From a bacterium (GTDB taxonomy: Bacteria; Patescibacteriota; Minisyncoccia; Phycocordibacterales; UBA1006): a stretch of 64,000 nt of DNA. The stretch covers positions 203,752 to 267,751 of the forward strand of contig JBAWXN010000001.1 of assembly GCA_037144045.1 (NCBI GenBank), read 5' to 3'. The position numbers and the translations under genes were made by a program. The notes beneath the pieces were generated by a model, which was given only the letters and a program-made list of their open reading frames with translations, was not told where the DNA came from and did not search any database. Below, in pieces: positions 19,465 to 29,198 of this stretch (position 1 is the stretch's first letter; every line of letters starts with the position of its first letter).

Positions 19465-20175
19465 ATGAAATTTTCATTTAAATCAGTACTTCTCACAGGG
19501 TGGCACACCTTTAAGAACAACTGGAAATTTATTATTCTCTTGGGTCTTGCGACAGTATTTGCACAAATAATTGTTCGAGGCGCAGAACAAGCTGCTATTG
19601 ATCGCAGCGCTATTCTCAGTCTTGCACTCTGGCTCGTAAGTACTATCCTTGCGGTTATTATTAGTCTTGGCTGGTCTAAAGTTTTCCTAAACCTATTGCG
19701 CCATAATCACGCTGATTGGAACACATTTAAAACTGAACCTAAGCAATGGCTCTTGTACATAAAGTCATCACTCTGGCTTGTGGCATACAGTTTTGGATAT
19801 ATGATTATTGCAGCACTGCCATTTATTATCTTAGGAATTATTGGTTCATACGCAGATGTCTACTGGTTACAAATCGCTTCCGTTATTGCTGGAATTGTTT
19901 CAGTCACTGTAGTTGCAGTGTATATGGCTATTCGCTATCAATTCCTTGCATTCAGTGTCATTGATGCGACCTCTTCTGGTTCTCGGGAACTTTATAATAA
20001 GTCAGGATCATTAACTAAGAATGCTTGGTTTCAATTGTTTGGATTTGCGTTAGTAAGTATACTTCTTGCAATTATTGGAGTACTCTGTTTAGTAGTAGGA
20101 CTTATTATTGTGATTCCAGTAGTATCTATTGCACAAGCAAAGATCTACGACATGTTGAAATCACATCACGCATAA
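19465..20175 (+). CDS. Integral membrane protein (DUF975-like)
   Basis: 5-6 TM helices; S..LTK..WFQLFG..L..G.L.L.VGLI..IPV pattern. Confidence 0.75.
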   Translation: MKFSFKSVLLTGWHTFKNNWKFIILLGLATVFAQIIVRGAEQAAIDRSAILSLALWLVSTILAVIISLGWSKVFLNLLRHNHADWNTFKTEPKQWLLYIKSSLWLVAYSFGYMIIAALPFIILGIIGSYADVYWLQIASVIAGIVSVTVVAVYMAIRYQFLAFSVIDATSSGSRELYNKSGSLTKNAWFQLFGFALVSILLAIIGVLCLVVGLIIVIPVVSIAQAKIYDMLKSHHA

Positions 20176-20215
20176 ACCGCTTTGCAAAAATGCGGTTTTT
20201 TGCTACCTTGGCATT

Positions 20216-20941
20216 ATGCGGCTTGATACGTATCTCGTACAACGCCATAATTATTCACGGAGCAGAGCCCAGCTGCTTATTGATGATGGATCAGTTTTAA
20301 TTAACGGTGTTGTTGCTACAAAAGCAAATAAAACCGTGCAACTGAATGATCACGTAGCAGTTACTGATACTATTAAATTTGTTTCGCGAGCGGGACTTAA
20401 GTTAGCGTATGCGCTCGAGGCGTTTACTATTAATGCAAGTAATAAAATCTGCTTAGATATTGGATCATCAACAGGGGGATTTACTGACTGTTTACTGCAG
20501 CAAAGTGCACTACATGTTGATGCGGTTGATGTGGGAACTGATCAATTGGTTGATGTGCTCAGACTGAATCCCCGGGTTAGCGTGTATGAACAAACTGACA
20601 TTCGAGTTTTCAATAACTCGCAACGCTATGACCTTATTGTCTGTGATGCTTCATTTATTTCACTCCTTAAAATAATTCCCGAATTGCCACGATTTTCTAA
20701 AGAATTTACTGAAGTACTCTTACTCATTAAACCTCAATTTGAAGTAGGCAAGGAGTACCTCGGTAAAGGAGGGATTGTGAATGATGAGATGCGTGTTGTG
20801 GAAGTAATTACTGATATTGTTACTGCGGCGCAGACTCTTGGATATCGCATTAATAATGAAGTAAAACTTTGCCCAATCAAGGGTGGTGACGGAAATCAGG
20901 AGTACATCGCGTGTTTTACATATGTGAAAAAATCAGTATAA
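20216..20941 (+). CDS. tlyA: TlyA family rRNA 2'-O-methyltransferase
   Basis: S4 domain RLD.YL..SRSRAQ; VSRAG.KL, LDIGSSTGGFTD, KPQFE, G.DGN.EY. Confidence 0.95.
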   Translation: MRLDTYLVQRHNYSRSRAQLLIDDGSVLINGVVATKANKTVQLNDHVAVTDTIKFVSRAGLKLAYALEAFTINASNKICLDIGSSTGGFTDCLLQQSALHVDAVDVGTDQLVDVLRLNPRVSVYEQTDIRVFNNSQRYDLIVCDASFISLLKIIPELPRFSKEFTEVLLLIKPQFEVGKEYLGKGGIVNDEMRVVEVITDIVTAAQTLGYRINNEVKLCPIKGGDGNQEYIACFTYVKKSV

Positions 20942-20954
20942 TTCACGTTATTCT

Positions 20955-21908
20955 ATGCAAATACCTTTTGAAACAAAACCTATCATTAAGGACTGGAAGT
21001 ACGTTATCGTGCTGTTTTATAAATATGTAGCCATTGCTGACCCTGAATTATTCAAGGCGGAACATCACGCCTTGTGTGAGCGACTTGGTATCAAGGGGCG
21101 GTTTATTGTCGCCCATGAAGGACTTAATGGAACCTGCGAAGGAACACCAGAAGCTATTAATGAATACATTAAAGAACTCACTTCTGATCCAAGGTTTGCA
21201 GAAACTCATATTAAATACAGCGAAGGAACCGGAGCTTCATTTCCAAAAATTAAAATCAAAGTTCGCCCAGAAATTGTAAACCTCGGCCTCGGCGATGAGG
21301 ATTTCAATCCGAATGAATTTACCGCACCCCATTTAAAACCCGCAGAGCTTGATGCATGGTTTGAACAAAACAAGGACTTTGTCGTTGTAGATATGCGAAA
21401 TGATTACGAACATCAAGTAGGACACTTTCCGAATTCAGTACTTCCAAATATGCGCTATTTCCGTGAACTCCCTAAAATCCTTCCTGAGCTTGAGCACCTT
21501 AAAGACAAGACGGTGCTTACGGTATGTACCGGTGGTGTACGTTGTGAAAAGGCGAGTGGCTACCTCCTTAAAAAGGGATTTAAAGATGTACATCAATTAG
21601 ACGGAGGAATAGTTTCGTATATGGAACAGTACCCTGGAAAAAATTTCCTCGGGGCTATGTACACATTCGATGGGCGTGTAGTTATGGATTACGATCACGG
21701 TAATCATCCAGTAATTGGAATATGTAAAAATTGTGGTGTGGCCACTGAACAGATTATTGATTGTAAAAATGAATCCTGTCACGGACAAATGTTGCTCTGT
21801 GAATCATGCTTTGCCGAACATGGAAAAATGTATTGTCGCGACCGATGCACGATGCACCTGAGTCCATTTCAGCGTTTTATAACAAGTATTAAAAAAGCGT
21901 TCAAGTAA
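20955..21908 (+). CDS. trhO: Rhodanese-domain tRNA U34 hydroxylase (YceA/TrhO)
   Basis: LFYKYV, EGLNGT, DMRNDYE..VGHF, CTGGVRCEK, Cys-rich tail. Confidence 0.93.
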   Translation: MQIPFETKPIIKDWKYVIVLFYKYVAIADPELFKAEHHALCERLGIKGRFIVAHEGLNGTCEGTPEAINEYIKELTSDPRFAETHIKYSEGTGASFPKIKIKVRPEIVNLGLGDEDFNPNEFTAPHLKPAELDAWFEQNKDFVVVDMRNDYEHQVGHFPNSVLPNMRYFRELPKILPELEHLKDKTVLTVCTGGVRCEKASGYLLKKGFKDVHQLDGGIVSYMEQYPGKNFLGAMYTFDGRVVMDYDHGNHPVIGICKNCGVATEQIIDCKNESCHGQMLLCESCFAEHGKMYCRDRCTMHLSPFQRFITSIKKAFK

Positions 21909-21935
21909 AAAACCCTCTGAAGGGTTTTTTACTTG
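21902..21935. terminator. Bidirectional terminator containing both stop codons
   Basis: CAAGTAAAAAACCCT-CTGA-AGGGTTTTTTACTTG perfect 15-bp arms. Confidence 0.85.
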
Positions 21936-23173
21936 GTAATATGTATTGAATTTCCAGCAACGAATCCAGTAGTCCAACAGAGTTGTAAACTATAACCACC
22001 GGAAGGGCGGTCAATATCAATCAGGTCTCCGATAATATATACACCAGGCACTATTTTTGACTCCATGGCCTTAGTAGTTATTTCAGATAATGGAATACCA
22101 CCACTGGTTATAATAGCCTTATCAGTTCCCATGAGCCCTGATACACGCATTACTAGTGATTTAACTACAGTAATAAGAGTAATACGCTGGTCACGAGTAA
22201 TACTATGACAGGGTGTCTCAGGTTTGATTGCTGCGACTTCAAGGATATGGTCAACGAGTTTTACCGGAATACTATTTCCTAAAATATTTTTAATGTGTTT
22301 GTTTGAATTACTGTGAAAAAGTTCAGTAAACCGTTTATTTATTGATCCGAGGTCTACACCAGGAAACAAATCGAGTGTAATATCTACGGGGCCATATTTC
22401 AAGTATTCGCCAATATCTCGACTCATATTAAGAATGGTGGGCCCACTTAATCCAAAATGAGTGAAGAGTAATTTACCTATTTTTGCTCCTTGCTTTTGAT
22501 TGTTCTGCACGATAGTAATGCGAACTTTTTCTAAGGTTAATCCTGAGAGTTCGTGCACCCACGCGTCGTTAACAATAATAGGTACTAATGACGCTTCTGG
22601 TTCACGGACAGCATGACCTAATGATTCAAGGATTTTAAAACCGTCTCCGGTTGATCCTGTTTCTGGGCGTGATTTTCCGCCAGTTGCAAGTATTATCGAT
22701 TTAGAATGATATGTCTGTTTTTGAGTTGTTACTAAAAATAAATCATCATGTATAGTAACTGTTTTAACCGCTGATTCATAATGAATAACTACGCGAGTAT
22801 CTTTTAAATAATCATTAAGCACATTCCATACTGACTGAGCCGAATCTGAAACAGGAAACACACGCCCCTCGTTTTCGATTTTCGTAGGCATACCGTGACT
22901 GTTAAAAAAAGAAATCGTGTCAGTATTATTCCACTGTGAAAAAGGCGAGTGCAAAAATGGCGCTGCTGCTTTAAATTTATCAAGTAATGTCCTCAGATCA
23001 GATTCAGCGCTAGTAACATTGCACCGACCACCTCCAGTAATGAGGAGTTTTTTTCCAAGATTTTCATTTTTTTCAAGAATAAGTACCCGTGCGCCACGTT
23101 CTGCAGCACGCCCAGCAGCCATCATTCCTGCAGGTCCACCACCAATAATAATTACGTCAAAAAAGTCCTGCAT
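21929..23173 (-). CDS. HI0933/BaiN family NAD(P)/FAD-dependent oxidoreductase
   Basis: GGGPAG, GKKLLITGGGRCNVT, GSTGDG, LFTHFGLSGP, GGYSLQ. Confidence 0.95.
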   Translation of the reverse strand: MQDFFDVIIIGGGPAGMMAAGRAAERGARVLILEKNENLGKKLLITGGGRCNVTSAESDLRTLLDKFKAAAPFLHSPFSQWNNTDTISFFNSHGMPTKIENEGRVFPVSDSAQSVWNVLNDYLKDTRVVIHYESAVKTVTIHDDLFLVTTQKQTYHSKSIILATGGKSRPETGSTGDGFKILESLGHAVREPEASLVPIIVNDAWVHELSGLTLEKVRITIVQNNQKQGAKIGKLLFTHFGLSGPTILNMSRDIGEYLKYGPVDITLDLFPGVDLGSINKRFTELFHSNSNKHIKNILGNSIPVKLVDHILEVAAIKPETPCHSITRDQRITLITVVKSLVMRVSGLMGTDKAIITSGGIPLSEITTKAMESKIVPGVYIIGDLIDIDRPSGGYSLQLCWTTGFVAGNSIHITK

Positions 23174-23181
23174 AAGCGGTA

Positions 23182-23994
23182 CTACATTGATTTAAGCTTT
23201 TCGACATCTTTAGGACTTACTGATTTCACATTTCCAGCAATCATTGATGCTGCTTTAAGGTGTCCAATACGAATTCGAGTAAGAGTAGTAATGGTAAGGT
23301 GACAGGCGTCACACATACGACGAATTTGGTGTTTGCGTCCTTCTTGAAGCACTATAGAAAACACACTACGTCCGCGACGTTCAGTAATGGCTGGTTTTGT
23401 AATAATACCATCAAGCATAATTCCTTGAGCCATACGGCGAAGGTGTTCATCTGAAACTTGTTCACGAACGGTAACCAAGTATTCTTTTTCAACGGTTGAG
23501 TCTTCTTTAGTGAGCGCACGTGCGAGTGATCCATCATTTGAAAGTAAAATGATTCCTGTAGAATCTTTATCGAGTCGTCCAATAGGTGATAGATGTGCAA
23601 CACGAGGATACCGACTTTTAATATCAGTATTTGCAGAATTTGTCGCACTGGTTTCAATACCACGAGGCTTGAAGAGGAGCACGGTTTCTTTTTTGGGAAG
23701 GGAAGCACCGTCTACGGTTACTACATCTTTATCAGGATTAATACCGTATCCCGGTTCAAGTACTCTTTTTTTATTTACAAAAACAAGACCTTGGGTAATC
23801 AAACTCTTTGCTTCACGTCGAGAAGCGAGTCCACTACGTGCCATATGACGCTCCAAACGCTCCATTCCAGGCTTTAAAGTACTTACTGGTGCAACACGAG
23901 GTTTGGGAGCTTGCGGAGCAGGAATAAAGGTTTTTGAGAGTTTTTTAGCACGGTTAGGTGACTTACGGGGTCGCCGAGGTGAAGAAATTTTCAT
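23182..23994 (-). CDS. RsuA/RluB-family pseudouridine synthase with S4 domain
   Basis: SRREA, IGRLDKDSTG, KEYLV, EGRKHQIRRM; start reset to MKISS. Confidence 0.93.
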   Translation of the reverse strand: MKISSPRRPRKSPNRAKKLSKTFIPAPQAPKPRVAPVSTLKPGMERLERHMARSGLASRREAKSLITQGLVFVNKKRVLEPGYGINPDKDVVTVDGASLPKKETVLLFKPRGIETSATNSANTDIKSRYPRVAHLSPIGRLDKDSTGIILLSNDGSLARALTKEDSTVEKEYLVTVREQVSDEHLRRMAQGIMLDGIITKPAITERRGRSVFSIVLQEGRKHQIRRMCDACHLTITTLTRIRIGHLKAASMIAGNVKSVSPKDVEKLKSM

Positions 23995-24128
23995 AAAAAT
24001 ACTATAACATAGAAATTTAAATAAGTAAAATAAAGAAACAATAAACATTCTGTAGCGTCCTCGTTGCGGAAATATCCTGGAGCATTATAATCTGATCATT
24101 ATTTATTAATCTAATCTACATCATTCCT

Positions 24129-24458
24129 ATGAAAGAAGTTACTTTTAAAATAGACATGACCGAATTTGCAACCAAGAAAGACCTTGAACAATTCGCTACT
24201 AAAAAAGATCTTGAATCATTTGCAACTAAGAAAGACCTTGAGCGTTTTGCAACAAAAGAAGATCTTGCAAAACTTGATGATACGCTCCATTATTTCATGG
24301 ACAAAGTAATGACTACACTGGATAGGATTGAATCAACCATGGCCACCAAAGAAGACCTTAACAAACTACGCCACGATCATGGTACCCGCATAGAACTTCT
24401 TGAGGATGAAGTAAGGAATATTAATAAGAAACTCGAGCACGTACATCTAGGAGTGTAA
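24129..24458 (+). CDS. Coiled-coil protein with FATKxDL nonad repeats
   Basis: Four tandem FATK(K/E)DL units plus MATKEDL. Confidence 0.8.
   Translation: MKEVTFKIDMTEFATKKDLEQFATKKDLESFATKKDLERFATKEDLAKLDDTLHYFMDKVMTTLDRIESTMATKEDLNKLRHDHGTRIELLEDEVRNINKKLEHVHLGV
24165..24272 (+). repeat. 4 x 27-bp coding tandem repeat
   Basis: TT(T/C)GC(A/T)ACNAA(G/A)(A/G)AAGA(C/T)CTTG.. units with synonymous variation. Confidence 0.85.
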
Positions 24459-24476
24459 TATGCTAGAATACTCGAT

Positions 24477-26162
24477 ATGACACAGCGAGACGCGCTCACA
24501 ATCATGAAAATGGGGAATAATGTCTTCCTTACTGGAGGTGCAGGATCTGGAAAAACCTACGTACTTAATGCATACATTAAGTACCTTAAAGAACATGATG
24601 TTGAAGTAGCTATTACTGCATCAACAGGAATCGCGGCGACTCACATGGGAGGAATGACAATTCATGCATGGTCAGGAATGGGAATTCGTGATTTTATTTC
24701 TGATTACGATATTGATCAAATGGAAGAAAAAAAGTACCTCTGGGATCGCTACGACAAAGTGAAAGTACTTATCATTGATGAAATTTCAATGCTTTCAGGA
24801 GGATTCCTTGATAACCTCGATAGAATATGTAGGTCGTTTAAAAGAAATCCTGAAGTAGCTTTTGGCGGTATTCAGGTTATTTTGTGTGGAGACTTATTTC
24901 AGCTACCACCTATTTCAAGAAATGAAGCATCATCGGGACTTGTCATTGATTCATTGGCTTGGAAGAATTCAAACTTTGTAGTGTGTTACATTACTGAACA
25001 ACACCGTCAAGACGATTCTCGATTCACAGAAATACTCAACGCGGTGCGTACTAACAGTCTCTCTAATGATCACTTCGAAATACTTGAATCACGCATGCGT
25101 GAATTTGACGACGATTTTTTTGCCTCCATGACAAAGCTGTTTACTCATAATTCAGACGTCGATGTAATTAATAATCGTGCACTCATTCAAATTGACGAAG
25201 AAGAACATGAATACCTCATGACTGCAAAAGGTAAATCAAACCTCATTGAAACCCTAAAGAAAAGTTGTTTAGCACCCGAGAAACTTATTTTGAAAATTGG
25301 AACAGAGGTAATGTTTGTTAAAAATAACTACGATAAGGGATACGTAAACGGAACGCGAGGTATCGTTATTGATTTTGATGAACTCGATCAGCCTATTATT
25401 GAACTACGCAATGGTGATAAGGTAACCGTTGGCACAGAAACATGGGGAATTGATGATGAAGGCAAAGTACTTGCATCGATTACTCAGATGCCTTTGCGTC
25501 ATGCGTGGGCTATTACGGTGCACAAAAGCCAGGGAATGAGTCTTGATGAGGCAGTTATTGATCTGTCACGTTCGTTCACGTATGGAATGGGCTACGTTGC
25601 GCTATCGCGAGTACGGAGGCTCGAGGGGTTGCATCTTATTGGTTTTTCGCGAGAATCATTAGACCTTGATCCGCGCATGTATATAGTTGACCAAGACCTT
25701 CAAAAAAGGTCAGAGCGTGCTGCGGAACGACTCAAGGAAATTGATCTCGACACGCTTGAAAAGCGACACGCTGACTTTATAACAAAATCAGGAGGTTCTC
25801 TTGAGATTAAAGTTCAGTCAGTAAAAAACAAACTTTCAACCCAAAAAACACACGAACAAACCTATGACCTTATTAAATCAGGAAAAACTATCGATAGTGT
25901 AGCAAAAGAACGCGATCTGGTAGTAGGTACCGTCATTGATCACCTCGACAAAGCACGACAACTCGGTTGGGATATTTCATTCAAGCATATCAAACCAAGT
26001 AAAACAGAAATGTCTGCAATCAAGGCAGCATTTCAAGAAACAAAGGAGCGGGGTACCGACATTCACGAGGCAAAGCTTACTCCTGTAAAACGATACCTTG
26101 ATAAAGCCGGTGCAGACTATAGTTTTGACACTATTAAATTAGTAAGGTTGTTTTTGAAATAA
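24477..26162 (+). CDS. PIF1-like SF1B DNA helicase with C-terminal HTH
   Basis: TGGAGSGKT, IIDEISML, FGGIQVILCGDLFQLPP, AWAITVHKSQGMSLD, YVALSR; C-terminal IAxERxL-type HTH. Confidence 0.93.
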   Translation: MTQRDALTIMKMGNNVFLTGGAGSGKTYVLNAYIKYLKEHDVEVAITASTGIAATHMGGMTIHAWSGMGIRDFISDYDIDQMEEKKYLWDRYDKVKVLIIDEISMLSGGFLDNLDRICRSFKRNPEVAFGGIQVILCGDLFQLPPISRNEASSGLVIDSLAWKNSNFVVCYITEQHRQDDSRFTEILNAVRTNSLSNDHFEILESRMREFDDDFFASMTKLFTHNSDVDVINNRALIQIDEEEHEYLMTAKGKSNLIETLKKSCLAPEKLILKIGTEVMFVKNNYDKGYVNGTRGIVIDFDELDQPIIELRNGDKVTVGTETWGIDDEGKVLASITQMPLRHAWAITVHKSQGMSLDEAVIDLSRSFTYGMGYVALSRVRRLEGLHLIGFSRESLDLDPRMYIVDQDLQKRSERAAERLKEIDLDTLEKRHADFITKSGGSLEIKVQSVKNKLSTQKTHEQTYDLIKSGKTIDSVAKERDLVVGTVIDHLDKARQLGWDISFKHIKPSKTEMSAIKAAFQETKERGTDIHEAKLTPVKRYLDKAGADYSFDTIKLVRLFLK

Positions 26163-26190
26163 CTTATTAAAATGTGTATACTTAACTCAT

Positions 26191-26880
26191 ATGAAAAAAC
26201 TCTATTTTGATATTGAAACCATTCCTGCTGATGAATCATCCCACGAAGCATTACGGTATTTATATAATCGTAAGATCGAGAAAAAGATGAAAGAAAAGGG
26301 AATTGATCACACTGAGGCCGTTGCAGAATTTGGAACGTTTGAAAAATTTGTTGATGGAACCGGTTTTGATGGATCATTCGGACGAGTACTATGTATTGCA
26401 TATGCCGTAAATAATGAAGAAACGCGCGTTATTTGTAACGATGGTAACGAAAAAAAGACCCTCGAGGATTTCTGGTTTGTTGCAAAACAAATTGATCTGT
26501 TTGTCGGGCATAACATTATGGAATTTGATCTTAAATTCCTCCTGCAGCGATCAATCATGCTTGGAGTAAAACCAACTTGGACACGATTCATGGAACCCGG
26601 TAAAAAACCATGGGACATGATTAAACATCTCGATTTTGCTCGGTATAAGAGTCTTCCTATATTCGATACGATGCATGAATGGTCAAACTGGGGGAATCCC
26701 AAGGTTGGGCTTGAACATCTCGCACTTGCTATGGGTATTCCAACACCTAAAGAAGGCATTGATGGATCTGAAGTTTGGAATTTCTACAAAGCTGGAAAAG
26801 TGAAAGAAATTTGTGAGTATTGTATGCGCGACGTAGAAACTACTCGAGCAGTATATAAACGCATTGCATTTGAAGACTAG
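26191..26880 (+). CDS. Stand-alone DEDDy 3'-5' exonuclease (PolB-exo-like)
   Basis: YFDIET, GHNIMEFDL, IDGSEV, EYCMRDV. Confidence 0.88.
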   Translation: MKKLYFDIETIPADESSHEALRYLYNRKIEKKMKEKGIDHTEAVAEFGTFEKFVDGTGFDGSFGRVLCIAYAVNNEETRVICNDGNEKKTLEDFWFVAKQIDLFVGHNIMEFDLKFLLQRSIMLGVKPTWTRFMEPGKKPWDMIKHLDFARYKSLPIFDTMHEWSNWGNPKVGLEHLALAMGIPTPKEGIDGSEVWNFYKAGKVKEICEYCMRDVETTRAVYKRIAFED

Positions 26881-26918
26881 TAAGTAGTCTTTTTTTGTAT
26901 CCGTGATATTATTACGCT

Positions 26919-27335
26919 ATGGATAAAATGTTTGATATATTTCAAGTAAAAAACTGGCATCAATCAGACCAGGCGAACCGTAGCTACGCTGATCGCCTTG
27001 CTGATGTTATTGCAGAGTTCGTAGGTTCATGGATGTTTGTAATTATTCACATTATTTGGTTTAGTGTTTGGATTATTACCCCCATAGAACCGTTTCCTTT
27101 TGGATTACTCACCATGGTAGTGAGTCTCGAAGCGATTATGTTGTCAACATTCATTATGATGTCTCAAAATCGGCAATCAGATCGCGATCGAGCCCAAGCA
27201 CAAGCTGATTACGAAACGAACGTTACTGCAAAACAGGAAATTGAAGAACTTCAGGCGCGTTTAGCTCGCATTGAAATTGACAAACTAGACAAAATTCTTA
27301 AACTACTTGAAGACCAAAAATCTAAACGATCGTAG
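26919..27335 (+). CDS. DUF1003 membrane protein
   Basis: D.LAD..A.FVGSW.F, PFPFGLL..VSLEA, MSQNRQ..RDR. Confidence 0.92.
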   Translation: MDKMFDIFQVKNWHQSDQANRSYADRLADVIAEFVGSWMFVIIHIIWFSVWIITPIEPFPFGLLTMVVSLEAIMLSTFIMMSQNRQSDRDRAQAQADYETNVTAKQEIEELQARLARIEIDKLDKILKLLEDQKSKRS

Positions 27336-27350
27336 ATTTAGTCTCACCTT

Positions 27351-28406
27351 ATGAAGCACCCTCTTTCACAGTATCATTATTCAATTTCTGAAAAAAATAT
27401 TGGGAGAACACCGAAAGAACCTCGCCATGATGCGAGGCTTTTCGTGTACAACACTACGACAGACACGATTACTTTCGATACATTCTTAAATATTGATACC
27501 TACCTACCAAAGAGTAGTCTTGTGGTACTTAACAATACTGGCGTGATTCCGGCTCGTGTAGTATTTACCAAGGATACCGGAGGTAAAATAGATGGACTCG
27601 TACTTATCAATGAAGGATTTGATACTGAGGGAGCCTTGCCTGTAATTGTAGATAAAAATATGTTTCCAGGACGAAGGATTGCCTTGGGTGATTATTGGTT
27701 CACGATTACTCGACAACGTGACCAGCGATTTTACATAAAACCAGATAGCAACCCCGAACGAATTTCAGAGATTCTCGAACAGTTGGGAACTACTCCGACA
27801 CCTTACTACTTAGGTGATTTAAATATGACCGAATCACAATTGCGAGATCGATATCAAACAACTTTTGCACAAAATAAAAAATCTGTAGCAGCTCCTACAG
27901 CGTCGCTCCACATCACCCCAGAAGTACTTAACCGATTACAGAACCAGGGGATTATTATCACGGAAATTACCCTCGACGTGGGACTAGGAACATTTGCAGA
28001 TATTGAACAAAAAAATGTCGACGAAAAATTCTTGCACAGCGAACTCCTCTTTATTTCATCTGAATCACGTAAAAAAATTTACGATACGAAACAAGCAATG
28101 GGTCCTGTCGTTGCAGTAGGAACTACCGTAGTGAGGACTCTTGAATCACAAAGCAGTCAATTACTCACGGAAGGTGAAGACGCTCTTGCAACGGAAACTA
28201 ATATTTTTATTTTGCCTGGGTATGATTTTAAAATAGTAGATCACTTAGTGACTAATTTCCATGTACCGGAATCAAGCCTTATGGCACTGGTTGATGCGTT
28301 CTTAATTCATAAGAAATCACGGCGAAATTTGGTTGAGTTGTATCAAGTAGCGATAGATAATGGGTTTATGTTCTATTCATTCGGGGATAGTATGCTTATT
28401 ATTTAA
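27351..28406 (+). CDS. queA: SAM:tRNA ribosyltransferase-isomerase
   Basis: NNT.VIPAR, RYQT.FA, SVAAPTASLH, AVGTTVVRTLES, TNFH.P.SSL, FYSFGDSMLI. Confidence 0.95.
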   Translation: MKHPLSQYHYSISEKNIGRTPKEPRHDARLFVYNTTTDTITFDTFLNIDTYLPKSSLVVLNNTGVIPARVVFTKDTGGKIDGLVLINEGFDTEGALPVIVDKNMFPGRRIALGDYWFTITRQRDQRFYIKPDSNPERISEILEQLGTTPTPYYLGDLNMTESQLRDRYQTTFAQNKKSVAAPTASLHITPEVLNRLQNQGIIITEITLDVGLGTFADIEQKNVDEKFLHSELLFISSESRKKIYDTKQAMGPVVAVGTTVVRTLESQSSQLLTEGEDALATETNIFILPGYDFKIVDHLVTNFHVPESSLMALVDAFLIHKKSRRNLVELYQVAIDNGFMFYSFGDSMLII

Positions 28407-28464
28407 TTAGGAAGGTGTTGTTTTTCCATGAGCTATGCTATATTTTGCGTATTAAATTCCACGT

Positions 28465-29181
28465 ATGTCAACAATTCTCGGAAAACTCTATATCGTCGCG
28501 ACCCCTATTGGAAACCTTGCCGATATGACGTTTCGTGCGGTTGAAACACTGAAATCCGTTGATACTATTTTGTGCGAAGACACACGCACCACTGGAAGTC
28601 TCCTTAAACACTACGAGATTACGAATAAAAACGAGGCAGGTCACAGTAAACTTATGAGTTTCCATAGTCATTCTAAACTCACTAAGGTTTCGCAAATTAT
28701 CGATATGATTCAAGTAGGGAAGAATCTTGCACTTGTTTCCGATGCGGGAACCCCATGCATTTCAGATCCCGGCGTTATCCTGGTTCAAGAACTCCGTAAA
28801 AATTTTGCAAATGATATTGAAATTATTGCCGTGCCTGGCGCGAGTGCTATGATCTCAGCTATTTCTATTTCAGGACTTCCAGCGCATGAATTCACTTGGC
28901 TTGGATTCGTACCCCATAAAAAGGGTCGAGAGACATTCTTTACTACCATAGCAGAAACTGACCACACGGTAGTATTTTACGAATCAGTGCATCGGTTTTT
29001 GAAAACTATTGAATCACTCAACGAAAAAATACCTGGACGACCTATAGTGATAGCTCGAGAACTTACTAAATTATTTGAGCAGGTCGTATCGGGAAACTCT
29101 TCTGAAATCCTTGACTATTTTACGAATCATCCTGATAAAGTACGCGGGGAATTTGTAATCATTGTAGGCCCAAAGAAATAA
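28465..29181 (+). CDS. rsmI: 16S rRNA C1402 2'-O-methyltransferase
   Basis: LYIVATPIGNL.D, CEDTR, VSDAGTP.ISDPG, ARELTK. Confidence 0.97.
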   Translation: MSTILGKLYIVATPIGNLADMTFRAVETLKSVDTILCEDTRTTGSLLKHYEITNKNEAGHSKLMSFHSHSKLTKVSQIIDMIQVGKNLALVSDAGTPCISDPGVILVQELRKNFANDIEIIAVPGASAMISAISISGLPAHEFTWLGFVPHKKGRETFFTTIAETDHTVVFYESVHRFLKTIESLNEKIPGRPIVIARELTKLFEQVVSGNSSEILDYFTNHPDKVRGEFVIIVGPKK

Positions 29182-29198
29182 TGTATAATTAAGCGCAT

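Noticed and set aside
24165-24272. CRISPR-like or DGR-like repeat
   Set aside because: Contiguous in-frame coding repeats with synonymous variation; no spacers, cas genes or reverse transcriptase
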